The translations under genes were made by a program, and so were the position numbers. From Anaerolineae bacterium (GTDB taxonomy: Bacteria > Chloroflexota > Anaerolineae > B4-G1 > DUEL01): a DNA stretch of 28,991 nt. A model generated the notes under the pieces. That model was not told the origin of the DNA and made no database searches. It was given only the letters and a program-made list of their open reading frames with translations. Positions 1 to 6,991 of the stretch are shown piece by piece. Every line of letters begins with the position of its first letter. Within the stretch, counting starts at the first letter, position 1. The stretch covers positions 62,001 to 90,991 of the forward strand of contig JBDOIF010000020.1 of NCBI GenBank assembly GCA_041082215.1. The letters run 5' to 3'.

Positions 1-335
1 ACCATCGCCACCACCAGCGGCCAGTCGGCCGGGGAGAGGATCGCCACCAGGCTGGCCACGGTGGAGATCAGGCCTCCCAGGAGAAGCGCCTGTTTGCGGC
101 CCAGCCGGTCGGCCAGAATCCCCATCGGAAGGCCCAGCACGAGGACGGAGAGGCTCATCAGGGACATCAGAAGGCCCAGGAAGGCCTCGTCGTTCCCGCG
201 GGCCAGGACGAAGAGGTTCAGGAAGAGCATGAAGATGCCGTTTCCTAACCCGCTGATGGCGGTCATCACCAGGAACAATTTGGCGTTGCGGCTCAGGCCC
301 GCCATCCGTCGCACCTGTCGTGCCAGTGCGCTCAT
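1..335 (-). CDS. MFS transporter, N-terminal part (runs off the window start)
   Basis: Manual translation from ATG at 335: MSALARQVRRMAGLSRNAKLFLVMTAISGLGNGIFMLFLNLFVL...GLPMGILADRLGRKQALL. GxxADRxGRK is MFS motif A. ATGA overlap with the GNAT stop codon. Absent from the ORF track because it is truncated. Confidence 0.85.
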   Translation of the reverse strand, partial: MSALARQVRRMAGLSRNAKLFLVMTAISGLGNGIFMLFLNLFVLARGNDEAFLGLLMSLMSLSVLVLGLPMGILADRLGRKQALLLGGLISTVASLVAILSPADWPLVVAM

Positions 336-1333
336 CGAATCACCACCCTTTGTCCCAGGATCAGCCGCATCTGGACCAGACGGCGCAGCCTCTGGAATCC
401 AGCGGCGGCGAAAGCTGGCTCCAGTGCTTCCATTGGGCCTGGCAGCATGGTCACTATCTCCCACAGACGATGATGGGAGAGGCGGGCCAGGCCGAACGCC
501 GCGAGGCGGGGTCCCAGACCAGTTAACCGGTCAGTTCGGGCGAGCACCTCGATCCGGTGGTAGCGGGGGGACCAGTAACTGTACAGGCCCACTGCCCCCA
601 TAACCCGTCCCTCCTCTATGGCCACCCACCAGTCCTCTCGTCCTCCTTCCAGCCAGGCAGACAGCTTCGCCTCCCACCCGGCCCGGTAGAGGGAGGGGCG
701 GATCTCCAGCACCTCTCGATGGGGGCGGCTGAGCCCCTCCTGGGCCAGCTGGTACAGGAGGGTGCTCTCCGCCGCCCGGGCCCGCCGGATCGGCGGGGTG
801 TGGGGGGGGCGAGGCTTCACCGACCAGGGAAGCCCTGCCGGGCGGGTCAGTTCCAGCAGTGTGCCCACCGACTCAAAGCCCATGCTCTCGTAGAGGCTCC
901 GGGCGACGGGGTTATCCTCCCGCACCTCCAGCCCCACCCAGGAGCCACCCCGCCCGGCGGCCGTCTCCACCGCGGCCTCTATCAGCGCCCGGCCGATACC
1001 CCGTCCCCGCCACTCGGGGTGGACGGCGACGTTGCCGATCATCCACCCTCCAGGGGAGGCGGTCCGCCGCAGGGAGACGTTGCCCACAACCCGTCCCCCC
1101 TCCAGCCAGACAAAGCCAGGGGCGACCGACGTCCCGGTCTCCACCCCCCAGAGGAGGAAGCCCAGGCTCCCCCAGCGGGCCATCCGTCGCATCTGGCGCA
1201 GGGTATGGCGGGCTGCTGGCCCCAGCTCCCCGGCGAAGGAGAGGGCTATCAGCTCGGCCACAGGCCCCAGATGGCGGAGGGGGTCGAAAGGGACCAGTCC
1301 TTCGGACCGACGACGGGCGGCGGCAGCGACCAT
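332..1333 (-). CDS. GNAT-family N-acetyltransferase, two tandem GNAT domains
   Basis: Acetyl-CoA motif NVAVHPEWRGRGIGRALI and LEVREDNPVARSLYESMGF; second degenerate GNAT domain in the C-terminal half. Confidence 0.85.
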   Translation of the reverse strand: MVAAAARRRSEGLVPFDPLRHLGPVAELIALSFAGELGPAARHTLRQMRRMARWGSLGFLLWGVETGTSVAPGFVWLEGGRVVGNVSLRRTASPGGWMIGNVAVHPEWRGRGIGRALIEAAVETAAGRGGSWVGLEVREDNPVARSLYESMGFESVGTLLELTRPAGLPWSVKPRPPHTPPIRRARAAESTLLYQLAQEGLSRPHREVLEIRPSLYRAGWEAKLSAWLEGGREDWWVAIEEGRVMGAVGLYSYWSPRYHRIEVLARTDRLTGLGPRLAAFGLARLSHHRLWEIVTMLPGPMEALEPAFAAAGFQRLRRLVQMRLILGQRVVIR

Positions 1334-2511
1334 CAGGATCGGCCCTCCAGCGCCGCCAGCAGGTCGGCTGCCTGCTCGGGGGTGATCCTCCCCGCCTCGA
1401 CCAGGCGCAGTACCCGCATGCGCTCTTCATCGGAGACCGTCCCTCCGGTGGGGGCAGCCCGATAGCCGCTGGCGCGGCGCCAGCGCCGCTCCGCCCGCTC
1501 CGCCCGTATTCGGGCCTGCTCGGCCTCCCGTTCCGCTGCACGGCGGGCCTGCTCGGCCGCCCGCTCCGCCGCCCGGCGGGCCTGCTCCGTGGCCCTTTCC
1601 ACCCGCCGCCGGATCGCTTCGCTGTCCAGACGGCCCAGGCTCTCCTCCAGCCGGGCCTCCAGCTCCGCCATCGCCTCGGCGATCCGGGCTTCGATCTCCA
1701 CCCCCAGCCCTTCCAGCCCGGGCGCGAAGCTGAAGGTCACCTCTGGCTCCTCCTCCGGTTCCAGAGGCCGCAGGTAGACGTCCCCGCCGACCCGGGCCTC
1801 AAGGCTGGCCTCCCCCTCCCCTGCGATCCCCTGCACTTCTCCCTCCGCGCCTTCCTCCAGGACCAGTCCGGGGAGGGAGGAGCGGACCCGACCGCCGGAC
1901 TGCAGGGAGAGACGAAGGCTAACATCGGCGGGGAGATAGAGGAACAGGTCACTGCCAACCGTCAGCCGGTATGCTTTACCGGGAGGGAAGGGAGGCCCCA
2001 GCCGGACGTCCGCCCCGACCTGTTCGGCCACAAGCCCTCCCTCCAGGCCCTCTGCCTTCAGGTCGCTGCCGACCTGGCCGAGGAGGAGCTGCCCGGCCAC
2101 CTGCCCGATCCGTGCGTCCCCCGCCACCGCCCGGGCGCGCAGCTCTCCTTCCACCCGGCGGGCGACCAGGTCGCCGTAGACCTTTTCCAGCTCTGTCGGT
2201 CCTACCTGACGCAGCGAGACATCCCCAAACACCTCACCGACATCCACCACCCCCCGCACCCCCCTGATCAGGAGGTCCCCCCGAACGGTACGGACGGAGA
2301 GGGTGGAGCCGGCGGGGCAGATGAGGGTGCAGTCGTCACGGACGGTCAGGCTCAGCCGCTCCCCTTCCCGTTCCAGCAAAAGCTCCTCGGCCCCATCCTG
2401 GACACGGATGATGACCTGGGATTGCTCGACGCTCCGCACCGTCAGGTCCCCCAGGCATTCGACGACGGTGATATGAGGCGTCAGCGATGTCTCTACCGTC
2501 CGCTTGAACAT
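1333..2511 (-). CDS. DUF4097-type beta-repeat protein with coiled-coil linker and C-terminal SHOCT-like domain (YvlB/LiaX-like)
   Basis: Repeated VxGDLxx beta motifs (VRGDL, VFGDV, VYGDL, VAGDA, VGSDL, VGADV); C-terminus EERMRVLRLVEAGRITPEQAADLLAAL; SD GGAGG upstream. Confidence 0.75.
   Translation of the reverse strand: MFKRTVETSLTPHITVVECLGDLTVRSVEQSQVIIRVQDGAEELLLEREGERLSLTVRDDCTLICPAGSTLSVRTVRGDLLIRGVRGVVDVGEVFGDVSLRQVGPTELEKVYGDLVARRVEGELRARAVAGDARIGQVAGQLLLGQVGSDLKAEGLEGGLVAEQVGADVRLGPPFPPGKAYRLTVGSDLFLYLPADVSLRLSLQSGGRVRSSLPGLVLEEGAEGEVQGIAGEGEASLEARVGGDVYLRPLEPEEEPEVTFSFAPGLEGLGVEIEARIAEAMAELEARLEESLGRLDSEAIRRRVERATEQARRAAERAAEQARRAAEREAEQARIRAERAERRWRRASGYRAAPTGGTVSDEERMRVLRLVEAGRITPEQAADLLAALEGRS
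1500..1600 (-). repeat. Intragenic 33-bp tandem repeat encoding an 11-residue EQARRAAERAA unit
   Basis: CGGGCCTGCTC recurs at 1511, 1544 and 1577. Confidence 0.8.
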
Positions 2512-2529
2512 AGTGCCTCCTGTGCCTTC

Positions 2530-2808
2530 CTACGACTGCTCGCCCGCCGGGGTTGTGGTCATCAATCCGTACTGGTGCAGCCGCTGACCCAGCGTCATCA
2601 GCCCGTTCCCCAACCCGCACAGCATTCGACAGGCCTGGCGGGCCAGCCAGCCGCCGAGCCGCGGGCGAACCTGTCGGAGAGAACGGGTTGCTCCGGCTAC
2701 CCGGACATCCCGTGCCTGGTACAGCATATCCCTGAGGGACTCCTTGACGAGCGTTTCAGCCAAAAACGGATCCGTATACGCTGCCTTCTCCATCCAGTTG
2801 CGGTACAT
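2530..2808 (-). CDS. Hypothetical small protein (~92 aa)
   Basis: ATG at 2808 preceded by strong SD GGAGGAGG; lies co-oriented within the operon. Confidence 0.65.
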   Translation of the reverse strand: MYRNWMEKAAYTDPFLAETLVKESLRDMLYQARDVRVAGATRSLRQVRPRLGGWLARQACRMLCGLGNGLMTLGQRLHQYGLMTTTPAGEQS

Positions 2809-2898
2809 AGCCTCCTCCTCCAATTCTCATCGGTCCCTCAATGCTTCTCCGTGCCTGCGTGGTTCTTCCCCTGCTGCGAGCGCGTAACTCCAGTCACT

Positions 2899-3273
2899 TC
2901 AGTGCCCTTCCTGAAGAAGCCTCAACGCCTCCTCGGAGGAGATCTCCCGTCGGGCCAGTCGCTCCAGGATTTCCTGGCGACGTTCCTCATATCCCTCTTC
3001 TCGACCCCCCACTTCGTAGCCCAGGGCCCGGATGATCTCCTCCAGGCGGCTGCGGACGGTGGGGTAGGAGATGCCCAGCTCCTCCCCCACGCGGTTGATC
3101 TTTCCCTCGCAGCGGAGGAAGACCTCGACGAAGGAGAGCTGCTCGGGGGTGAGGTGAAAGAGCCGGCCCATCGTAAAGCGGCCCTCGAGCGCTGTGCCGC
3201 AGTTAGGACAGACCAGCCGGCTGACCAGCAGGTCGCCGTGACAAACCGGACATCCGGTCGGAACAGGGTACAT
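2899..3273 (-). CDS. DUF2089-family Zn-ribbon + HTH transcriptional regulator with SHOCT-like tail
   Basis: CPVC...CPNC ribbon; HTH INRVGEELGISYPTVRSRLEEII; tail RQEILERLARREISSEEALRLL; SD AGGAGG. Confidence 0.85.
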   Translation of the reverse strand: MYPVPTGCPVCHGDLLVSRLVCPNCGTALEGRFTMGRLFHLTPEQLSFVEVFLRCEGKINRVGEELGISYPTVRSRLEEIIRALGYEVGGREEGYEERRQEILERLARREISSEEALRLLQEGH

Positions 3274-3306
3274 GACGCCCTCCTGAAGAAAATTAATCTA
3301 TCTATG

Positions 3307-3334
3307 AAGAATTATAACATACAACTTAATTCTT
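3307..3334. promoter_or_regulatory. Palindromic putative operator AAGAATTA-N12-TAATTCTT
   Basis: Perfect 8-bp inverted repeat overlapping the -10 box and reaching the -35 box. Confidence 0.55.
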
Positions 3335-3339
3335 GTCAA
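3311..3339 (-). promoter_or_regulatory. Consensus sigma70 promoter of the DUF2089 operon
   Basis: Minus strand reads TTGACA-17 bp-TATAAT with an extended -10 TG, ~38 nt upstream of the start codon. Confidence 0.85.
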
Positions 3340-3354
3340 GAGCCTTTTTCTGAA

Positions 3355-3548
3355 GAGGTGTATTTCAGTCTGGGGGCGAGATGCCCCTGGCCCGGGCCGG
3401 ACCTGGGGAAACACGAACGGCGCGAATGGAAACGAATACCGCGAATGGAGCAGGGCTCCCTCCTGTTCGCTGTATTCGGGCCATTCGTGGGATTCGCGAT
3501 CCACCGGCGAGCGGGAGGACCACTCGCCCCGAAATCCAAATACGCCCC
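3355..3548. mobile_element. MITE-like palindromic dispersed repeat, copy 1
   Basis: 3366-3548 aligns without gaps to 9923-10105 (13 mismatches in 183 bp by hand count). Imperfect 26-bp terminal inverted repeat (19/26). Internal CGAAT/ATTCG hairpin. Confidence 0.75.
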
Positions 3549-3596
3549 TCCTGAAGTTCGGACGCGAGTTCGGACACAAACGCTCATTGGCCGCTT

Positions 3597-3638
3597 CTGA
3601 CCTCACCCCTACCCCCAACCCCCTCCCGGTGAGGTCAG
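3597..3638. repeat. Perfect 11-bp inverted repeat with C-rich loop (REP-like)
   Basis: CTGACCTCACC (3597-3607) / GGTGAGGTCAG (3628-3638); 20-nt loop CCTACCCCCAACCCCCTCCC. Confidence 0.7.
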
Positions 3639-3643
3639 CATGG

Positions 3644-3671
3644 TTGCGATATAAGCCGTGTTATGTATAAT
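3644..3671 (+). promoter_or_regulatory. Putative sigma70 promoter for the coiled-coil gene and selB
   Basis: TTGCGA-16 bp-TATAAT. Confidence 0.6.
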
Positions 3672-3743
3672 GGACCTGGCTACCCGCCCGCGGGTCGGTC
3701 CGGAAACCTGCCAGCGGGCGCAACTCCTGCCCAGGGGGCATCT

Positions 3744-4940
3744 ATGACGATGGATCTGACCCAGGCCAGCCAGATGCTCAAATGGCTGGACGAAGAACGG
3801 CGAAAAGACAAGGCGCTGATCTCCGCCCTTCAGGAACGGATGGAGTCCCAGGCCCAGCAACTGGCCCGACAGGAGGAGCAACTGGCTGCCCTCCAGGGGA
3901 CGGTCGCCGGGCTGGGGGTGCTGGCGACCCGCGTGGCCGAACTGGTTCAGGCTATGGACCAGCTCAAGGTCGAGGTGGGGCGAATGCTGGACCAGAGGGA
4001 GGAGCAGCGTCGTAAGGAGCAGCGGGAGATCGAGCGAGGACGCCAGCTTGAGATCGGCGCGCTTCGGGATGAGATCGCTCACCTCAGCGAAGGACTCCAG
4101 CGCATGTCCCGGCTGGAGGAAAGCCTGGCCGCCGCCCAGGCGGAGCAGCGGCGGCTGAACGAGGTGGCGCAGCGGCTGGAGGCCACCGTCGCCGACCTGG
4201 ACAAGCGGGTCGAGGACCGGGTACAGGCGGTGGTCTACCTGGAGGAGCAGCGGCGGGCCGACAACCGGCGGATCGCTGCCCTGGAGGGGGAGACGACGGA
4301 ACTGCGGAAGCGGCAGGAGGCCACCACCGCCAGGCTGACTCTGCTGGAGGAGACTATTCAGAAGCAGCAGGCGCGGCTCGAGGAAGGACTGAAGTCCATT
4401 AAAGAATTCGAAAAGGTCGTCGAGGAACTGCGGGTGGCCGACTTCCGCCGCAACCAGGCGGTGAAGAAGTGGGAGGGACAGGCCCAGGAGGTCCGCCAGG
4501 AGATGGAGCGACTCCAGGCGGAACGACAGCAGTTCGTCCAGGAACACCAGCGGGTGAAGCACGCGGTAGACCGGCTGGAGGGGTTCCAGGCCCGCCTGGA
4601 GACCCGCATGAACGAGGTGGCGGAGATGCAGCGGATGGCGGAGGACCGGCTGAAGCGGCAGTGGGAGGAGTGGCAGGCCGGCCGGGAGAAGGACCGCCGC
4701 CGCTGGGAGCTGGAGGTGGAGGAGCGGTGGAAGCATCAGGAGCGGCTGAATAAAGACCACGCCGCCCGGCTGGAAAGGCTGCAGGAGCAGGACGCCGCCC
4801 ACTGGCAACACATCCAGGCCACCCAGGAGGTGCTCCTGGCCCAGGCTCACGCTATACTTGAGGCTTCTCAATCCTGGATGGAAGAGGTCCAGAAGCAGAT
4901 TCAGGCCGTCCGGGAGAGCGCCCGCCCCCCCGCCTCCTAG
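3744..4940 (+). CDS. Uncharacterised long coiled-coil protein
   Basis: E/Q/R/L-rich heptad sequence over ~390 aa with no internal Pro, no TM segment and no Walker motif. Start chosen at ATG 3744 (or 3750) after AGGGGG; the ORF-track start at 3663 overlaps the -10 box. Confidence 0.8.
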   Translation: MTMDLTQASQMLKWLDEERRKDKALISALQERMESQAQQLARQEEQLAALQGTVAGLGVLATRVAELVQAMDQLKVEVGRMLDQREEQRRKEQREIERGRQLEIGALRDEIAHLSEGLQRMSRLEESLAAAQAEQRRLNEVAQRLEATVADLDKRVEDRVQAVVYLEEQRRADNRRIAALEGETTELRKRQEATTARLTLLEETIQKQQARLEEGLKSIKEFEKVVEELRVADFRRNQAVKKWEGQAQEVRQEMERLQAERQQFVQEHQRVKHAVDRLEGFQARLETRMNEVAEMQRMAEDRLKRQWEEWQAGREKDRRRWELEVEERWKHQERLNKDHAARLERLQEQDAAHWQHIQATQEVLLAQAHAILEASQSWMEEVQKQIQAVRESARPPAS

Positions 4941-5038
4941 AGAAGCTCTGGTGAAATACCCTGTGGAGGACATGGAGAAGTACCAAAGGACCCACGAGCC
5001 ATCATAAACCTCCGTGATCTCTCTAAAGGAAAAAGAAA

Positions 5039-6925
5039 ATGTACGTTATCGGGACCGCCGGCCACGTTGATCACGGCAAATCAACGCTGGTGCAAGCCCT
5101 CACAGGCATCAACCCCGACCGGCTCCGGGAGGAGCAGGAGCGGGAGATGACCATTGACCTGGGGTTCGCCTGGCTCACCCTCCCCAACGGCGAGTCGGTG
5201 GGAATTGTAGACGTGCCGGGCCACCGGGACTTCATCGAAAACATGCTGGCCGGGGTCGGTGGGATTGACGCTGCCCTCTTCGTCGTCGCCGCCGATGAGG
5301 GGGTGATGCCCCAGACCCGGGAACACCTGGCCATCCTCGACCTGCTGAAGATCGCAGGAGGGGTGGTCGCCCTGACCAAGGTGGACCTGGTGAGCGATCG
5401 GGAGTGGCTGGAGCTGGTGACCGCCGACCTCTCCGAGGCACTGGAGGGTACGGTCCTGGAGGGCGCACCGATCGTCCCGGTGTCGGCCCGCACCGGCGAG
5501 GGGTTGCAGGAGCTGCTGGCTACCCTTCAGGAGCTGCTGGAGCACACCGAGCCCCGGCCCGACCGGGGGCGGCCCCGGCTGTGGGTGGACCGGGTCTTCA
5601 CGATCAGCGGCTTTGGCACAGTGGTTACCGGCACTCTGATAGACGGCACCCTCATCGTGGGGCAGGAGGTGGAAATCCTTCCCCAGGGGCTGAAGGCCCG
5701 CATCCGGGGGCTGCAGAGCCATAAGACGAAGATCGAGCGGGCCGTCCCTGGCAGCCGTGTGGCGATCAACCTGGCCGGCGTCTCCAAAAACGAGCTGGCC
5801 CGCGGAGACCTGGTGACGATCCCCGGCTGGCTCCGCCCGACCATCCTGGCGGATGTCCGGCTGGACTATCTGGCCGATGCCGGCCTCCCTCTCAAGCACA
5901 ACGCCTGGCTCAAGTTCTTCTCCGGCTCGGCAGAGGTGATGGCCCGGGTGCGTCTCCTGGGGCAGGAGGCCCTGCCACCGGGGGAGTCGGGGTGGGCTCA
6001 ACTGGAGCTGAGCGAGCCGCTCCCCCTGGTGCGGGGGGACCGGTTCATTGTGCGTCGGCCCTCCCCGCCCGCCACCGTTGGCGGGGGTGTGGTGGTGGAT
6101 CCCAACCCCGGACGGAAGCACCGCCGCTTTCGCCCTGCGGAGATCGCCCGGCTGGAGACGCTGGCCCGGGGGACCCCTGCCGAGATTCTGCTGGAGGCGC
6201 TCCAGCGGCGAGGGCCTGCAGTGGTACGGGAGCTCCTGGAGGGCTCAGGGCTGGGAGATGCAGCACCTGCCGCGCTGGAGGAGTTGCTGACGGCAGGGGA
6301 GGTAGTGGTGCTGGATGTGGAAGGGACGGCGCACTCCAACCGGCTGGTGGCTTCCCGGGGCTGGTGGACAGCGACGATGGAGCGGATGCAGGGAGAGCTT
6401 GCTGCCTACCACCGCCGCTACCCGCTCCGGCCGGGGATGGGGCGGGAGGGGCTGCGCAGCGCGCTCCGGCTCGACCCCCGCGTCTTCAACGGGCTGATGG
6501 CCCGCGCCACGGCGGAGGGACTGGTGGCTGATGAGGGGGCCACCGTCCGTCTGCCTGACCACACAATCCGCTTCACCCCTGAGCAGCAGCGGGCGGTGGA
6601 GGAACTTCTGGCCCGATTCCGTCGCGCCCCGTACGCTCCCCCCTCGGTCAAAGAGAGCGCGGACGCTGTGGGCGACGAGGTGCTGGCGGTGTTGTTGGCC
6701 CGGGGGGAACTGGTGCAGGTCTCTCCCGAGGTCCTCTTCCTCCCCACCACCTACGAGGAGATGGTCCGCCGCATCCGCGACCACATCCAGCAGAACGGCA
6801 GCATCACCCTGGCCCAGGTCCGTGACCTGTTCCAGACCAGCCGGAAGTACGCCCAGGCGCTGCTGGAATACCTGGATGAGCAGGGAATAACCCGCCGGGT
6901 GGGAGACGAACGGGTGCTGGTATAA
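5039..6925 (+). CDS. selB: Selenocysteine-specific translation elongation factor SelB
   Basis: GTAGHVDHGKS, MTIDLGF, DVPGH, TKVD GTPase motifs; C-terminal winged-helix SECIS-binding end SRKYAQALLEYLDEQGITRRVGDER; 628 aa. Confidence 0.96.
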   Translation: MYVIGTAGHVDHGKSTLVQALTGINPDRLREEQEREMTIDLGFAWLTLPNGESVGIVDVPGHRDFIENMLAGVGGIDAALFVVAADEGVMPQTREHLAILDLLKIAGGVVALTKVDLVSDREWLELVTADLSEALEGTVLEGAPIVPVSARTGEGLQELLATLQELLEHTEPRPDRGRPRLWVDRVFTISGFGTVVTGTLIDGTLIVGQEVEILPQGLKARIRGLQSHKTKIERAVPGSRVAINLAGVSKNELARGDLVTIPGWLRPTILADVRLDYLADAGLPLKHNAWLKFFSGSAEVMARVRLLGQEALPPGESGWAQLELSEPLPLVRGDRFIVRRPSPPATVGGGVVVDPNPGRKHRRFRPAEIARLETLARGTPAEILLEALQRRGPAVVRELLEGSGLGDAAPAALEELLTAGEVVVLDVEGTAHSNRLVASRGWWTATMERMQGELAAYHRRYPLRPGMGREGLRSALRLDPRVFNGLMARATAEGLVADEGATVRLPDHTIRFTPEQQRAVEELLARFRRAPYAPPSVKESADAVGDEVLAVLLARGELVQVSPEVLFLPTTYEEMVRRIRDHIQQNGSITLAQVRDLFQTSRKYAQALLEYLDEQGITRRVGDERVLV

Positions 6926-6927
6926 CC

Positions 6928-6991
6928 CCCAATCACCCAATTACCCAATCACCCAATCACCCAGCCACCCACTCACCCAGCCACCCACTCC
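6928..6991. repeat. Degenerate 8-bp tandem repeat (CCCAATCA)x8 at the convergent gene junction
   Basis: Units: CCCAATCA, CCCAATTA, CCCAATCA, CCCAATCA, CCCAGCCA, CCCACTCA, CCCAGCCA, CCCACTCC. Confidence 0.8.

Noticed and set aside
3235..3255. CxxCH (CPVCH) as a c-type heme site
   Set aside because: It pairs with CPNC as a Zn ribbon in a cytoplasmic HTH protein with no signal peptide.
3350..3556. CTGAAG on both sides of repeat copy 1 as a target-site duplication
   Set aside because: It is out of register with the terminal inverted repeats and has no counterpart at copy 2; unresolved without more copies.
859..3600. 913-aa plus-strand ORF, and other long antisense ORFs such as 3609-4973, 7126-8640, 8653-10113 and 16403-18067
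   Set aside because: Shadow frames opposite well-supported genes in high-GC DNA; no recognisable motifs.
4972..5007. 11-codon ORF MEKYQRTHEPS upstream of selB as a leader peptide
   Set aside because: The SD-like GGAGGA is only 1 nt from the ATG, there is no UGA or Cys codon, and the region looks more like a degenerate intergenic repeat.
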